Part shown: positions 1-9,290 of the stretch, one piece after another
Numbering within the stretch: the first letter of the stretch is position 1
Layout: each line of letters opens with the position of its first letter
From: a virus
Taxonomy: Duplodnaviria > Caudoviricetes
Length of the DNA stretch: 64,000 nucleotides
Reading direction: 5' to 3' (one strand)
Virus record (IMG/VR): IMGVR_UViG_2863389319_000001
Made by a program: the position numbers and the translations under genes
Notes under the pieces: generated by a model
Databases searched by the model: none
Seen by the model: only the letters and a program-made list of their open reading frames with translations
Told to the model about the DNA's origin: nothing

Positions 1-142
1 ACCAGATCGCCAAGGGCAAGACCACCGGCCGACCACCGAAACCCAAGCCCGGCCCCGCCGAGCCCGACAGCCCCTGACGCCCGATCGGGCGCATTTCCAC
101 CAAGCGACCCCGCGGCACCCATGCCGCCCGTACGGTCAACCC

Positions 143-418
143 ATGACCAAAGACCAGGGCGAACCCCTGTACGAGATCCGCCGCACCCCCGGGCATGCCG
201 AGGCCACCATGTATGCCTGGATCCCTGACGCGGACGACAATCCGGCCCTCGAACCGCTCGGCACGATCACGCCCGAGCGGGGTGGGCTGGCCGTCACCTG
301 GCGAACTGAGCCAGACGGGCCAGCGCCGACAGAGTGGGTACCCGACGAGCTGGCCGCGTTCTGGTTCCTGGAGGGGGCCAGGTTCCGGGCGATCAGTTTT
401 CAAAGCGGCTGGGAGTAG
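143..418 (+). CDS. hypothetical protein
   Basis: 91-aa ORF with high-GC3 codon usage. Confidence 0.6.
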   Translation: MTKDQGEPLYEIRRTPGHAEATMYAWIPDADDNPALEPLGTITPERGGLAVTWRTEPDGPAPTEWVPDELAAFWFLEGARFRAISFQSGWE

Positions 419-615
419 CGGCCGATTGTGGCTCGCGGGCCCGAACCGCACACTCCGGGCCCTACACCCTCTGCGGCCCGTGACGGCCCTCAGGCGGCCG
501 AATAGCGCGCGGAGGCAGTCCGGGAGCCTGCGGGGCGAGAACGGGCCGCTACGGACGCGCAGTTCCGCGTCGCGGGCCAATGGGGTGCGCCGCGGCCGGA
601 CACACCCCGAGACGG

Positions 616-924
616 TCAGGACGATGCCGGGCCTTCCATCGCAGCCTCGGTGCGCTGGATGACCCGCAGGGCCTCCAGCACTGCGAACGCGTGGTGCAGC
701 GGCACCCCGGGCCGGGCACGGTGAATCCGCTCCGCCATCGCCCGATCCTCCGCCTTGCCCGCGGCGAGCTCCTCCGCACTGGGTAGGGGCGCCGCCATGG
801 CCCGCTGCAGGCCTTCGAGCCGGGCCGCTATCTCTGCGACCGTCTTCCCGAACTTGATCTCCGTGGGGTCGCCCTGCGGCGGGTCCTCCGCCAGCCGTCG
901 ACGCGCCTCGTCGATATCCATCAC
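616..924 (-). CDS. hypothetical phage protein
   Basis: Last ORF of the leftward operon; overlaps the stop of the upstream gene. Confidence 0.7.
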   Translation of the reverse strand: MMDIDEARRRLAEDPPQGDPTEIKFGKTVAEIAARLEGLQRAMAAPLPSAEELAAGKAEDRAMAERIHRARPGVPLHHAFAVLEALRVIQRTEAAMEGPASS

Positions 925-1379
925 GACCGCTCCCCCGCGCCGAAGCCCCGCTCCAACCGGGCCGTCAAGTCACCAGCCACGCACCAACAGCCGGTCCACT
1001 TGCCCTGTCCGCGCGGCCGGTGCCACTCCTGGTAGCGGTGCTCCACATCGACGCTCGGGCAGTGCACGTCGGTGCAGGTCTTACTGTCGTCGAAGTGGTG
1101 ACTGAGGTGACCTTCGCAGTAGAAGCTGCGACGCCGACCCGGCACGGCGGCAGCCCACCGCTTGTCGTACTCCCGCAGTTCGTGTCGGCATGAGCCGCGC
1201 AGGTGGAACATCGCGGATCCGTCGCCCCAGTCGAGGGGGTTGCGTTCGCGGGTTTCGACGACGCGGTAGGGCTTGCGGTCCCAGATGACGATCTGGCCGG
1301 GGGTGAGATTGCTGCCGCCCTGGTAGCCGGCGTCCCTCTGGTCGGGGCGCCAGGCGTCGGGGTCGAAGAGGATGGTCAT
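921..1379 (-). CDS. hypothetical Cys/His-rich phage protein
   Basis: 152-aa ORF in the leftward operon. Confidence 0.65.
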   Translation of the reverse strand: MTILFDPDAWRPDQRDAGYQGGSNLTPGQIVIWDRKPYRVVETRERNPLDWGDGSAMFHLRGSCRHELREYDKRWAAAVPGRRRSFYCEGHLSHHFDDSKTCTDVHCPSVDVEHRYQEWHRPRGQGKWTGCWCVAGDLTARLERGFGAGERS

Positions 1380-1436
1380 TGCTGGCTCCTCAGTCCGGTC
1401 TCGTGGGCGTGGGCGAGGTGGAGTGCGGCACCCATC

Positions 1437-1763
1437 TCAGACCCCCACCGCGGGGGTCGGGGTGGTGTCAACCGGCGTCGCCCAGTAGTTCCGGCAAATG
1501 TCCTCCCGGCCGGTGCGCTCGCACTTGAGGCAGTACTGGTTGCGCGCATCATGCTCGGCCTCCTCGTGGCCACAACTGCACAGGACGGTGACGGTCGCGC
1601 ATGCGGGGCAGGTGGGGGTGTTGACGACGGCGCGGATGCTGTCGATGTCGGGCTGCTCGTCGGGGCTGCAGGCGAGGTTGTAGGTGCCGTAGTTGATGCG
1701 GGCGGCGTGGATGGTGCCGTTCGGCTCGTAGGCACGGCGCGGGTAGGCAAGCTTGATGGCCAT
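1437..1763 (-). CDS. zinc-finger-like hypothetical protein
   Basis: Start reassigned to MAIKLAYP; CPAC, CSCGH, CLKC motifs. Confidence 0.65.
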   Translation of the reverse strand: MAIKLAYPRRAYEPNGTIHAARINYGTYNLACSPDEQPDIDSIRAVVNTPTCPACATVTVLCSCGHEEAEHDARNQYCLKCERTGREDICRNYWATPVDTTPTPAVGV

Positions 1764-1996
1764 CAGGATGTCTCCTCGTCGGTCCAGGGGGTGTAGGTCA
1801 CGCGGCGGGACACGAACACCAGCCGCGTCTCGGGGTCGTCGTGCGCGATGGCGCGGAACTGGCCGTGGGCGCTTTCCCGCTCGAACTCTGCGCGCTTCGA
1901 CGGCCACGGGGCCGACGCCAGCCGCGTGAGGTCGCGGGCCCCATCGGGGTACTCGAAGTAGTAGGCCCACTCGATCCACTCCTCCGGCGCGGTCAC
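1763..1996 (-). CDS. hypothetical protein
   Basis: GTG start (VTAPEEWIEW), translationally coupled to neighbours. Confidence 0.6.
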   Translation of the reverse strand: MTAPEEWIEWAYYFEYPDGARDLTRLASAPWPSKRAEFERESAHGQFRAIAHDDPETRLVFVSRRVTYTPWTDEETS

Positions 1997-2262
1997 GATG
2001 CCTCCCGCCCGTACGGCACGGCCCGGTCGAGCATGTCGCGGCGTGCGGGCAGGCGTTCGTCGAACGCGGCGATGACACAGCCGCGGCCGCCGATGAACGA
2101 CCGGTCCAGGTAGTTCTTCACCCAACGAGCCTGCATGGCCTGTTCCTGGTTGCCATTCTCGGTGGCCTGCTGCTCCCAGCGGGCGAGCTTGTCGATGTGG
2201 TGCTGGATGCTGGCGCGGGCCCAGGCGAGGGCCTCCGGGTCACGGTCGAAACGGTCGTTCAC
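1993..2262 (-). CDS. hypothetical protein
   Basis: GTG start (VNDRFDRDPE), coupled to neighbours. Confidence 0.6.
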   Translation of the reverse strand: MNDRFDRDPEALAWARASIQHHIDKLARWEQQATENGNQEQAMQARWVKNYLDRSFIGGRGCVIAAFDERLPARRDMLDRAVPYGREAS

Positions 2263-2843
2263 TGGAAGTCCCTCGCCTTGATCTTGGCCATGCGGCCGTC
2301 GGGGTGATGCCACACCATGCCCTCGCAGCCGTCCGCCTCGGCCGCGAACAGGACCGCCTTACGGATCCCGTCGAAGGACAGATCCCTTACGGTCATCCAC
2401 TTGGCCTTGGCATGTGCGATCAGCTCGTGAACCTCGCAGCGCTCCGGGTTCCCGTTGACCTTCGGGCCGACCAGCTCGTACGTACCCGCCTCCCAGCGGC
2501 CCGGGTTGAAGCCCTCCGGGTAGTCGGCGTCCTCAGCGTCCGCGATCGCCTCGGCGTGGAACTTCGCGAACGCGGACTGGGCGATCGGCTCCCAGCCGAC
2601 GGTCTTGCCAGTGACCTCGTCGTGCTGCTCGGCCACGTAGTTCGCCGGCGGCTGCTTGCCGGGCTTCACCTCGCGCCGGGCCCACCAGTTACCGTCGCCG
2701 TCGAGCATGACGCAGGTGCCGTCGTACTTCCGGGTCGCCTGGCCTTCGTCGGCGAGGACCCACTCGCAGCCAGGGGTCGCCTCGGGCAGGACGTGGGCGC
2801 GGTCGTCGGGGTCGCGGACGAACACGGTGGGGATCTTACGCAT
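2259..2843 (-). CDS. ATP-dependent RNA ligase-like nucleotidyltransferase (DUF5565/RLIG1-like)
   Basis: Start MRKIPTVF; motif I TRKYDGT, TYELVGPKVNGN, EGMVW and motif V KIK. Confidence 0.75.
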   Translation of the reverse strand: MRKIPTVFVRDPDDRAHVLPEATPGCEWVLADEGQATRKYDGTCVMLDGDGNWWARREVKPGKQPPANYVAEQHDEVTGKTVGWEPIAQSAFAKFHAEAIADAEDADYPEGFNPGRWEAGTYELVGPKVNGNPERCEVHELIAHAKAKWMTVRDLSFDGIRKAVLFAAEADGCEGMVWHHPDGRMAKIKARDFQ

Positions 2844-2950
2844 TGAGGGTCTCCGATTCGCGATGGTTTGTGATCTATTGTCCTGCAGTTTCGGGCACAC
2901 GGGTAGCCCTGTGACCTGACGGTTTGCGCTCAACTCGCGGGCAGCAAGGC

Positions 2951-3349
2951 CTACATGGCGGCGAGCGTCACCGCGGCGGGCAGGAGTCCGAGGCCGATGT
3001 GGAACGCCTGATCGACATATTGGGCGCCGCCGTTGGCGAGGTAGCTGGTCTGGCCGGTGTGTTCCATCCACCAGCGGACGGGCCAGCGCCGGTCGATGAG
3101 GCTGTGCGAGCAGCCGATCCAGGCGAGCGCGGCCACGGTGCCTGCCGCGCTGGCGTGCAGGTCGAGGATCAGGATGCCAAGCCACAGCAGGACCGCGCTG
3201 GTGGTGACGTGCGTGCCGGCGTGGGCCAGGTTCGCCCGCCAGCCGGTCGCGGTCCGGTCGGCCTTGTGCAGGGCCTGGTAATCGGTTTGCAGGGGGTAGT
3301 CACTCAGGTGATGAGCGGCGAAAAGGATCACGAAGAAATCGGCGAACAT
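2951..3349 (-). CDS. DUF3307-like membrane protein
   Basis: AHHLSDYPLQT...H...H..ID...DQAFH pattern with hydrophobic helices. Confidence 0.75.
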   Translation of the reverse strand: MFADFFVILFAAHHLSDYPLQTDYQALHKADRTATGWRANLAHAGTHVTTSAVLLWLGILILDLHASAAGTVAALAWIGCSHSLIDRRWPVRWWMEHTGQTSYLANGGAQYVDQAFHIGLGLLPAAVTLAAM

Positions 3350-3354
3350 GTCGA

Positions 3355-3522
3355 TCAGCCCTCGGTGTGCTCGACCAGCTTGCCCAAGGCGGGCGCCATG
3401 CCGGCTGCGTACTCCTCGGTGCGGCAGCCGGAGCAGACGACGAAAAATCGCTCGGCCTGGTCCATCTCGATGCGGGCGACGCCACCGTTGTGGCTGATCT
3501 CGTTGCTGACGATCTTGCGCAT
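3355..3522 (-). CDS. small hypothetical protein (CxxC)
   Basis: 55-aa ORF MRKIVSNE... with AAGGAG RBS; below the track length cut-off. Confidence 0.55.
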   Translation of the reverse strand: MRKIVSNEISHNGGVARIEMDQAERFFVVCSGCRTEEYAAGMAPALGKLVEHTEG

Positions 3523-3855
3523 GTGAATCTCCTTGGGTGAGTGCGGGGTTGTGATTCAAGGGCCCCCGGCGGGGGCATCCCGTTCCGCTCGCCCAGTGCA
3601 GTCCGGGCGTGACCTGGATTACAGCGCGGGCAGTCAGTCCTCGTGGGTGCCAGCGCCGCCGGCCCCGACACTCGATCGGGTGAACCGCACGGCTAGCCCT
3701 CGGCGTGGCCACCAGGCCCGGCTACCGTCTTCATCAGGCCCCTGGTGAGGGCGACGCACGATCACCGCAGTGAACACGCCGGCGCCATCATGGCGGACTA
3801 GCTGCCCCCTCAGTGGTCGCCAACCCACCAGGGGCCCCTGCATGCCCACTGCCAG

Positions 3856-4092
3856 TCAGCTGCCGACTCCCTGGTACGGGATCGGGTCGCTGGGCCGGCC
3901 GCAGCCCGCGGGCCAGGCGCCGACCGGACGGCCATCAGGGCGGGACTTCGGCGGGGCGGTCTTCGGGACCTGGTCCTCGCCGTTTGCTTCGGGACGGCGG
4001 AACTGGCTGCGCATGAACGCGCGCAGATCGCCGTCCTTGCGCATCTGGCCGATGTCGTCGCGGGTGAAGTTGTCAGATATGTAGATCATCAA
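3856..4092 (-). CDS. hypothetical protein
   Basis: Coupled to the dnaB stop. Confidence 0.6.
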   Translation of the reverse strand: MMIYISDNFTRDDIGQMRKDGDLRAFMRSQFRRPEANGEDQVPKTAPPKSRPDGRPVGAWPAGCGRPSDPIPYQGVGS

Positions 4093-5489
4093 CTCCTTTC
4101 GCCATCACGGGTCATGTCCTTGAACGACGAGTAGTGGAGCTGCGCGGCCACTGTGATCGTCGCGGTCGCCCCGGCCCGGTGCTTGCCGACGATCAGGTCG
4201 GCCTCGCCTGCGCGGGGGGACTCCTTCTCGTAGGCGTCCTCTCGGTGGAGCAGGATGACCATGTCGGCGTCCTGCTCCAGCGAGCCGGATTCACGCAGGT
4301 CGGAGACCTGCGGCTTCTTGTCGGCGCGCTGCTCGGGCCCACGGTTCAGCTGGGACAGTGCGATCACCGGCAGCTTCAGCTCCTTGGCCATCAGCTTCAA
4401 CCGGCGTGACATGTACGACACTTCGATCTGCCGGGACTCGAACCGCTTCGAGCTGCCGGACCCCAGCAGCTGCAGATAGTCGATAATCACCAGCCGCAGG
4501 TCCTGCTTCTCCTTCAGTCGCCGGCACTTCGCGTAGATCTGCGCCAGGTCCAGGTTCGGCGAGTCGTCAATGTACAACGGCGCCGCAGTGACGTCGGGCA
4601 TCCGCCGGGCCACCCGCAGCCAGTCGTCGTCGTCCATGTACCCGGAGCGCATCAGGTGCAGGCCAACCCGGGCCTCCGCCGACAGGAGACGTATGTTCAC
4701 CTCGTGGCGGCTCATCTCCAGCGAGAACAGAACCGACGGCAGGCCGGTGGCGATCGAGCAGGCCCGTTGGAAGTCCAGCGCCAGAGTCGACTTGCCCATC
4801 GCCGGGCGCGCGGCGACGAGAATGAACTGCTCGTCCTGCCAGCCTTGGGTGAGGGCGTCGAGGTCGGCGAAGCCCGTCGGGATGCCGTTGATCTTCCCCT
4901 TGTTCTGGGCGATCTCCTCCAGCTTGTCGAGCGTCCCTTCCATCGACGAGGCGACGACGTGCAGCCCGTCCTCGGCCTGCTCGCCTTCCGCGGTGGTGAT
5001 CTGCGCCTGGATCTCGGCGATGATCTGCGACGGCTCACCACGGCCGGCCAGAAGATCGCCGGTAGCGCGCATCAAGCCCTGCGCGAAGTCCCTCGCGACC
5101 CACTTCTCGCGGACAATCTCGGCGTACTCCTCCGCGTTCGAGGTGATGCCAGGCGAGCTCGCGATCGTGTGCAGGTAGCCGGGGCCACCAGCCCGCGCGA
5201 GTTCGCCGATCTTCTTGAGCTCAGCCGCCACGGTGATCGGGTCGGCGGGTTCGCCGCGCCCGTGGAGTTCGAGGATCGCGTCGTGGATCAACTGGTGGGC
5301 GGGGCGGTAGTAGTGCTTGCCCTTGATGATCGTCGCAATGGTGTTGATCGCATCCCGGCTGAACAGCATGGCCCGCAGCGCGCCCTGCTCGGCGCTGATG
5401 TCCTGCGGCGGCTCGTAGTCCAGGCCCTCCACCTTCGCCGGCTCCTGCTGGGCTGGCTGGTCGTCGTGGAACGGGTTCTGCTCGGTCAT
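4089..5489 (-). CDS. dnaB: replicative DNA helicase
   Basis: PPQDISAEQ N-domain, Walker A AARPAMGKST, IIDYLQL, SQLNR, SDLRESGSLEQDAD. Confidence 0.97.
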   Translation of the reverse strand: MTEQNPFHDDQPAQQEPAKVEGLDYEPPQDISAEQGALRAMLFSRDAINTIATIIKGKHYYRPAHQLIHDAILELHGRGEPADPITVAAELKKIGELARAGGPGYLHTIASSPGITSNAEEYAEIVREKWVARDFAQGLMRATGDLLAGRGEPSQIIAEIQAQITTAEGEQAEDGLHVVASSMEGTLDKLEEIAQNKGKINGIPTGFADLDALTQGWQDEQFILVAARPAMGKSTLALDFQRACSIATGLPSVLFSLEMSRHEVNIRLLSAEARVGLHLMRSGYMDDDDWLRVARRMPDVTAAPLYIDDSPNLDLAQIYAKCRRLKEKQDLRLVIIDYLQLLGSGSSKRFESRQIEVSYMSRRLKLMAKELKLPVIALSQLNRGPEQRADKKPQVSDLRESGSLEQDADMVILLHREDAYEKESPRAGEADLIVGKHRAGATATITVAAQLHYSSFKDMTRDGERS

Positions 5490-6460
5490 GCGGCTGCTCC
5501 TTGCTCGGCGCGGCGGCGTCGGGCGACTGCGGCGGGGTGGCATGCCGGGCAGTCGACGAGCTCGTTGTCACGCGCGGGGTCTTTGATTTGGCGGTGGTTC
5601 GGGCTGTGGCAGTTCCCGCACCAGTCGGCGTTCGTCGCGGTGGCCTTGCGGACGGTGGGGACGGTGGAGCGGTCGCAGTGCTGGGCGAGGTCAGTCCAGC
5701 CGCGGGCGGCGAGCTCACGGGCGCGGTCGGCGAGCCACCAAGCGGGGAAGCCGGCCGCGAGGAGCTCACCGGCCTGCTGCTCGATCTTCTGGCGGGTCGT
5801 CGGACTGACGGGCCGTCCGATCGCCTCGGTGTAGGCGGCGGCGACCGTGGTTGCTTCGCTGGGTGAAGAGATCTTCTCTCTCTCGTCGTTGCGCGGGGCG
5901 GCTGACGGCGGCGCGGAGGGAGGAGAGAGAGGGGTTAGAGGAGTTATAGGAGTAGGGGTCACCTGAGAGGTGACCCATTCCCACCTGTGAGGTGACCCAT
6001 TCGACTCTGTGAGGTGACCCATTTCGTCGATTGGGTCACCCGTGAGGTGACCCGTTTCGACGTCGCACGGGTCCGTCTCGGGCGATCGGGTCACCTGAGA
6101 GGTGACCCTTTCCGTGCGGGTGCACTGACCGAGGAACCCGTCGTGCGGAGCCTGCGGGCACAGCGTCACCAACTCGTAGACCGCGACCTGCCCCGGGAAC
6201 CCGGACAGCTCGCGGCCGTCGCGCACCGCGTACACCAAGACGCCCTTCTTCATGAGCTTCCCGATCGCGTTCCGCCACGCCGGCGCGGTCTTGCCGACCC
6301 GCTTGAGGATGTAGTCCTGGTGAATGCCGCCCTTGCGGTATGTCTGGCGGTCGCCGTCGTTCGCGTTCTCAGCGATGACGAGCAGGTCGGCGCGTTCGCC
6401 CGCGGTGAGGCCGGCATCCTGCCAGTGGTCCATGACTTCGACCATCAGCTTGATCCCCAT
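5486..6460 (-). CDS. phage replication initiator (lambda O-like; N-terminal winged helix, C-terminal WCGNC...CPACHP Zn motif)
   Basis: Directly upstream of dnaB; contains phased internal repeats. Confidence 0.75.
   Translation of the reverse strand: MGIKLMVEVMDHWQDAGLTAGERADLLVIAENANDGDRQTYRKGGIHQDYILKRVGKTAPAWRNAIGKLMKKGVLVYAVRDGRELSGFPGQVAVYELVTLCPQAPHDGFLGQCTRTERVTSQVTRSPETDPCDVETGHLTGDPIDEMGHLTESNGSPHRWEWVTSQVTPTPITPLTPLSPPSAPPSAAPRNDEREKISSPSEATTVAAAYTEAIGRPVSPTTRQKIEQQAGELLAAGFPAWWLADRARELAARGWTDLAQHCDRSTVPTVRKATATNADWCGNCHSPNHRQIKDPARDNELVDCPACHPAAVARRRRAEQGAAA
5956..6108. repeat. iteron array, putative replication origin
   Basis: GAGGTGACCC at 5967, 5989, 6011, 6044 and 6099; three copies form GGGTCACC-N5-GGTGACCC palindromes. 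Confidence 0.8.
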
Positions 6461-6571
6461 CAACTCACCGCCACTGGTGGCATGTCAGGGATGTCGGGGT
6501 ACACGTCGGCTCCAGCTGGACGCAGGGGTGGTGTGTGCGGGCCACCCGCGTGATGCGGGTGGCCGGGGGCC

Positions 6572-7189
6572 TCAGTGGCCGCAGGGTGCGTAGCCGGCCG
6601 CAGCGGCGGCCTGGGCATAGTCGAGTCGGCCGTGTCGGTCGAGGGCTTCGGCGACGTCAAGGACGTGGCCCCAGAGGTCATCCAGAGCCTCGTCGGCGAC
6701 GTCGTGCATGGCAGCCAGATCCCGTCGTGGGTCGTCGCTGACGCCGTATGTGACGGGGCGTCCGTGGGCCTCCCAGGACACGCGGGCGATCTGCTGACGA
6801 TCGTTGCTGGCCAGGATCTCGACGACCCACGCCCGGGCGCTGGTCCACAGACCCTGCTCGCGTAGCCAGCGATCCTCGGCCCGCTCCCCCGCGGCCAAAC
6901 CCAACAGGGCGTCGGGGAGCGGCGCGGTCAGCGACGAGTGGAGTTCGACGTGCCCGGCCGGGCTCTCCTTGCCGGGGCCATGTCCGAGATCGTCGGCGAT
7001 CTGGACGGTTACGAAGGCGATCTCCCGGTCGAGCATCAGAACAGCATGCCCGGCCTCGTGGATGGCGATCTTCCGGCGGAGCTGGGTGTTCGTCAGGTTG
7101 AGGATCCCGTAGGCGGTGGTCGGCCCGGGAATGTGGGGGGCGGCGTGCCTGGTGAACAGCTTGAAGTCCGGCTCGTAGTGCCAGCTCAT
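6572..7189 (-). CDS. stand-alone M41/FtsH-like zinc metallopeptidase domain protein
   Basis: AIHEAGHAV, LAAGERAE, VAEALDRHGRL; no AAA domain. Confidence 0.75.
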   Translation of the reverse strand: MSWHYEPDFKLFTRHAAPHIPGPTTAYGILNLTNTQLRRKIAIHEAGHAVLMLDREIAFVTVQIADDLGHGPGKESPAGHVELHSSLTAPLPDALLGLAAGERAEDRWLREQGLWTSARAWVVEILASNDRQQIARVSWEAHGRPVTYGVSDDPRRDLAAMHDVADEALDDLWGHVLDVAEALDRHGRLDYAQAAAAAGYAPCGH

Positions 7190-7368
7190 CGCGGGCCTCC
7201 GGCGTGTTGCTGGCCGGGCTTGTCGCCGGTGACGGTGTACGCCTGGTGCTGGGCGTCGTAGCCGGTCTGGACGTGCTGGTAGCCGGCGTCCTGGGCCTGG
7301 TGCGCGGTCTCGATGGTGCGCAGCGGGGCGTCGCTGACACTGGCGGCGATGCGGGCGATGACCTTCAC
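7186..7368 (-). CDS. hypothetical protein
   Basis: GTG start VKVIARIAAS, coupled to neighbours. Confidence 0.5.
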   Translation of the reverse strand: MKVIARIAASVSDAPLRTIETAHQAQDAGYQHVQTGYDAQHQAYTVTGDKPGQQHAGGPR

Positions 7369-7559
7369 AGCGCACCGACCTTTCCGCCGGCGAGGGCGCG
7401 GTCGATGGCGCAGCGCAGGAGGTTGGCGCCGCAGTGGTCGTGGCAGCGGACGGCGTGGGCGAGGAGGGCCCAGAGTCGCTCGATGGCGCCGAGGATGCGG
7501 GGGCCGACGCGGCCGATCGCGGCGTTCTCGGTCGGTCGGTGGATCGTGGAGGCGCTCAT
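7365..7559 (-). CDS. hypothetical protein
   Basis: Coupled overlap. Confidence 0.55.
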   Translation of the reverse strand: MSASTIHRPTENAAIGRVGPRILGAIERLWALLAHAVRCHDHCGANLLRCAIDRALAGGKVGAL

Positions 7560-7864
7560 CGGGCGCCCCTGTTTCGGCCGGGCACGCGGTGGTAGGCGAT
7601 GCAGCGGGCGGCGGCGTATCGGCCCGAGTCGTACGCCTGGTGGTACAGCTCCTCGCGCAGGTCATGGCACAGGCGGCCGAGCGCGTCGAGGATCAGCCAG
7701 TCGTCCGGGAGGAACCCTTCGCGCGACGTCCGCCAGATGCGATCCAGCCAGTCGATCAGTGACTCCCGCAGGTCGTTGATGCGGGCGGTGATGTCGCTGG
7801 CGAGCTGGCGTGCGGTGTGGTCCTGGGTGGTGGCGACGAGCGTGTCGAGTACGGAGGTGCTCAT
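7556..7864 (-). CDS. hypothetical protein
   Basis: Coupled overlap. Confidence 0.6.
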   Translation of the reverse strand: MSTSVLDTLVATTQDHTARQLASDITARINDLRESLIDWLDRIWRTSREGFLPDDWLILDALGRLCHDLREELYHQAYDSGRYAAARCIAYHRVPGRNRGAR

Positions 7865-8079
7865 CGGGCGGCCTCGCTGTCCCCGTCGATCCAGGCGCCG
7901 AGCTGCTCGGTGAGGACAAGCTCGACCAGGTGGCGGGTCAGCCGGGCCGGGTCGAAGCCGACCATCAGGATGTTCTCGTCGAGCCAGACGGAGCGCAGCG
8001 GGTCACCATCGGTCGGGAGGGTCACGGCGACGATGCTGGCGCGCGGCAGAATCGGGACGGGGGCGAGGATGGCGTTCAC
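7861..8079 (-). CDS. hypothetical protein
   Basis: Coupled overlap. Confidence 0.6.
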   Translation of the reverse strand: MNAILAPVPILPRASIVAVTLPTDGDPLRSVWLDENILMVGFDPARLTRHLVELVLTEQLGAWIDGDSEAAR

Positions 8080-8327
8080 GCGGTCACCACCCAGTCGGGG
8101 GTTACGTCGCGGAGGTTGCCGAACAGGTCGAGCATGATCTGCCAGGCGGTAGGGCGGTCCATCTGGGCCGGGGAGTAGGCGGCGACGATGCCCTCGGCGA
8201 CCTGCTGGAAGCAGATCGCGGGGAGGGCGTCATCGGCTAGAGCCGGCGCCAGCGCGGCGATTCGCGGCGGGGTGGGCTGTTCCGTGCATGCAACGCGTGC
8301 CATGATTGGGACGTCTCCGATCTGCAC
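8076..8327 (-). CDS. hypothetical protein
   Basis: First ORF after the cro-like gene; start may be 8303. Confidence 0.55.
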   Translation of the reverse strand: MQIGDVPIMARVACTEQPTPPRIAALAPALADDALPAICFQQVAEGIVAAYSPAQMDRPTAWQIMLDLFGNLRDVTPDWVVTA

Positions 8328-8411
8328 CCCGGGTTATCTAGGCCTTGGTGGGTGCGTCGTGTGATTCGAGGGGCTCGGCGTTGACGCGCTGGGCCTCTCT
8401 TCGTTTTGGGG

Positions 8412-8627
8412 TCAGGCTGCGTTCTGGAGCAGTTCGTTGACCGTGGTGCCGTAGGCGTTCGAGATCAGCAGCGCGACTTCCAGGGACGGGCTGCGGCGAC
8501 CACTGAACAGGTGCGACAGGGTTGCCTCGTGGATGCCAGTGCGGGCGGAGATCAGCCGGTTACTGGTGTCACCGCTGCGTCGAGCGTGCCGTTCGACGAC
8601 TTCTCGGCTGAGCCGAATGTTGGACAT
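8412..8627 (-). CDS. Cro-like XRE HTH regulator
   Basis: ISARTGIHEATLSHLFSGRRSPS helix-turn-helix; divergent from the repressor. Confidence 0.85.
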   Translation of the reverse strand: MSNIRLSREVVERHARRSGDTSNRLISARTGIHEATLSHLFSGRRSPSLEVALLISNAYGTTVNELLQNAA

Positions 8628-8698
8628 GGGGGTCCTTTGGTGGCGAGGTGGTGGTGAGCTAGCCGGATTTTCCTCGGCAGGTCAAAGCTACGCCTTAA

Positions 8699-8799
8699 CG
8701 ACCGCGCAAGCAAGTAATAGCGCCGATCGACCCACCCCGAGCATGCGCAAGATGGTTCGGTTTTCGTCTAACCTGGCCAGTAACTTGCTCGCGCGGTCG
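8699..8799. promoter_or_regulatory. paired inverted operator sites of the lysis/lysogeny switch
   Basis: CGACCGCGCAAGCAAGTAA (8699-8717) matches the reverse complement of 8781-8799 at 17/19 positions. Confidence 0.65.
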
Positions 8800-8818
8800 A
8801 TAACGACGGAGGACAGCC

Positions 8819-9232
8819 ATGGCCGACATGAAGGCGTTCGCAGACTGGCTCCACGAGCAGATGATCGCCGCCGGCTACGACCTGAGCAGCCAGCGCTCCG
8901 GCGGCAAGAGCAAGCTCGCCAACGATGCAGGCGTCGCTCTCTCCCAGGTCCAGCGTGCCCTCGGCGGGACAACACGTCCCGACATCGTCACCCTGCGGGC
9001 CATCGCCCATGCCCTTGATATCCCGATGAAGGTCATGCTCGTGCGGTCCGGCACTGTGGACGCAGGGGACCTGGACGAGCAGGTGCTGCCAGCTTCGGAT
9101 CTCGACGTGCGCACCCTGGGGCTCCAGCGCGGCGTTCCGGCCGACAAGCTCGATCACTGGGTCGCGATCGTCGACGCGGTCACCGGAACGTTCGCCGCCG
9201 AGCGGCAGCATCACGGTTCTGCAACTCCCTGA
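8819..9232 (+). CDS. immunity repressor (XRE HTH)
   Basis: KSKLANDAGVALSQVQRALGGTTRPDIVTLRAIAHAL; GGAGG RBS. Confidence 0.85.
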   Translation: MADMKAFADWLHEQMIAAGYDLSSQRSGGKSKLANDAGVALSQVQRALGGTTRPDIVTLRAIAHALDIPMKVMLVRSGTVDAGDLDEQVLPASDLDVRTLGLQRGVPADKLDHWVAIVDAVTGTFAAERQHHGSATP

Positions 9233-9290
9233 CACACTAGGCGGATCGCTGCGACGCTGCTCCTGTCGATCACCGAGCGCAGGAGCAGCG

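Noticed and set aside
4656-5834. 392-aa ORF antisense to dnaB, and similar long antisense ORFs (28911-30722, 37780-39204, 21588-22877)
   Set aside because: Shadow frames of high-GC3 genes with no motifs or RBS
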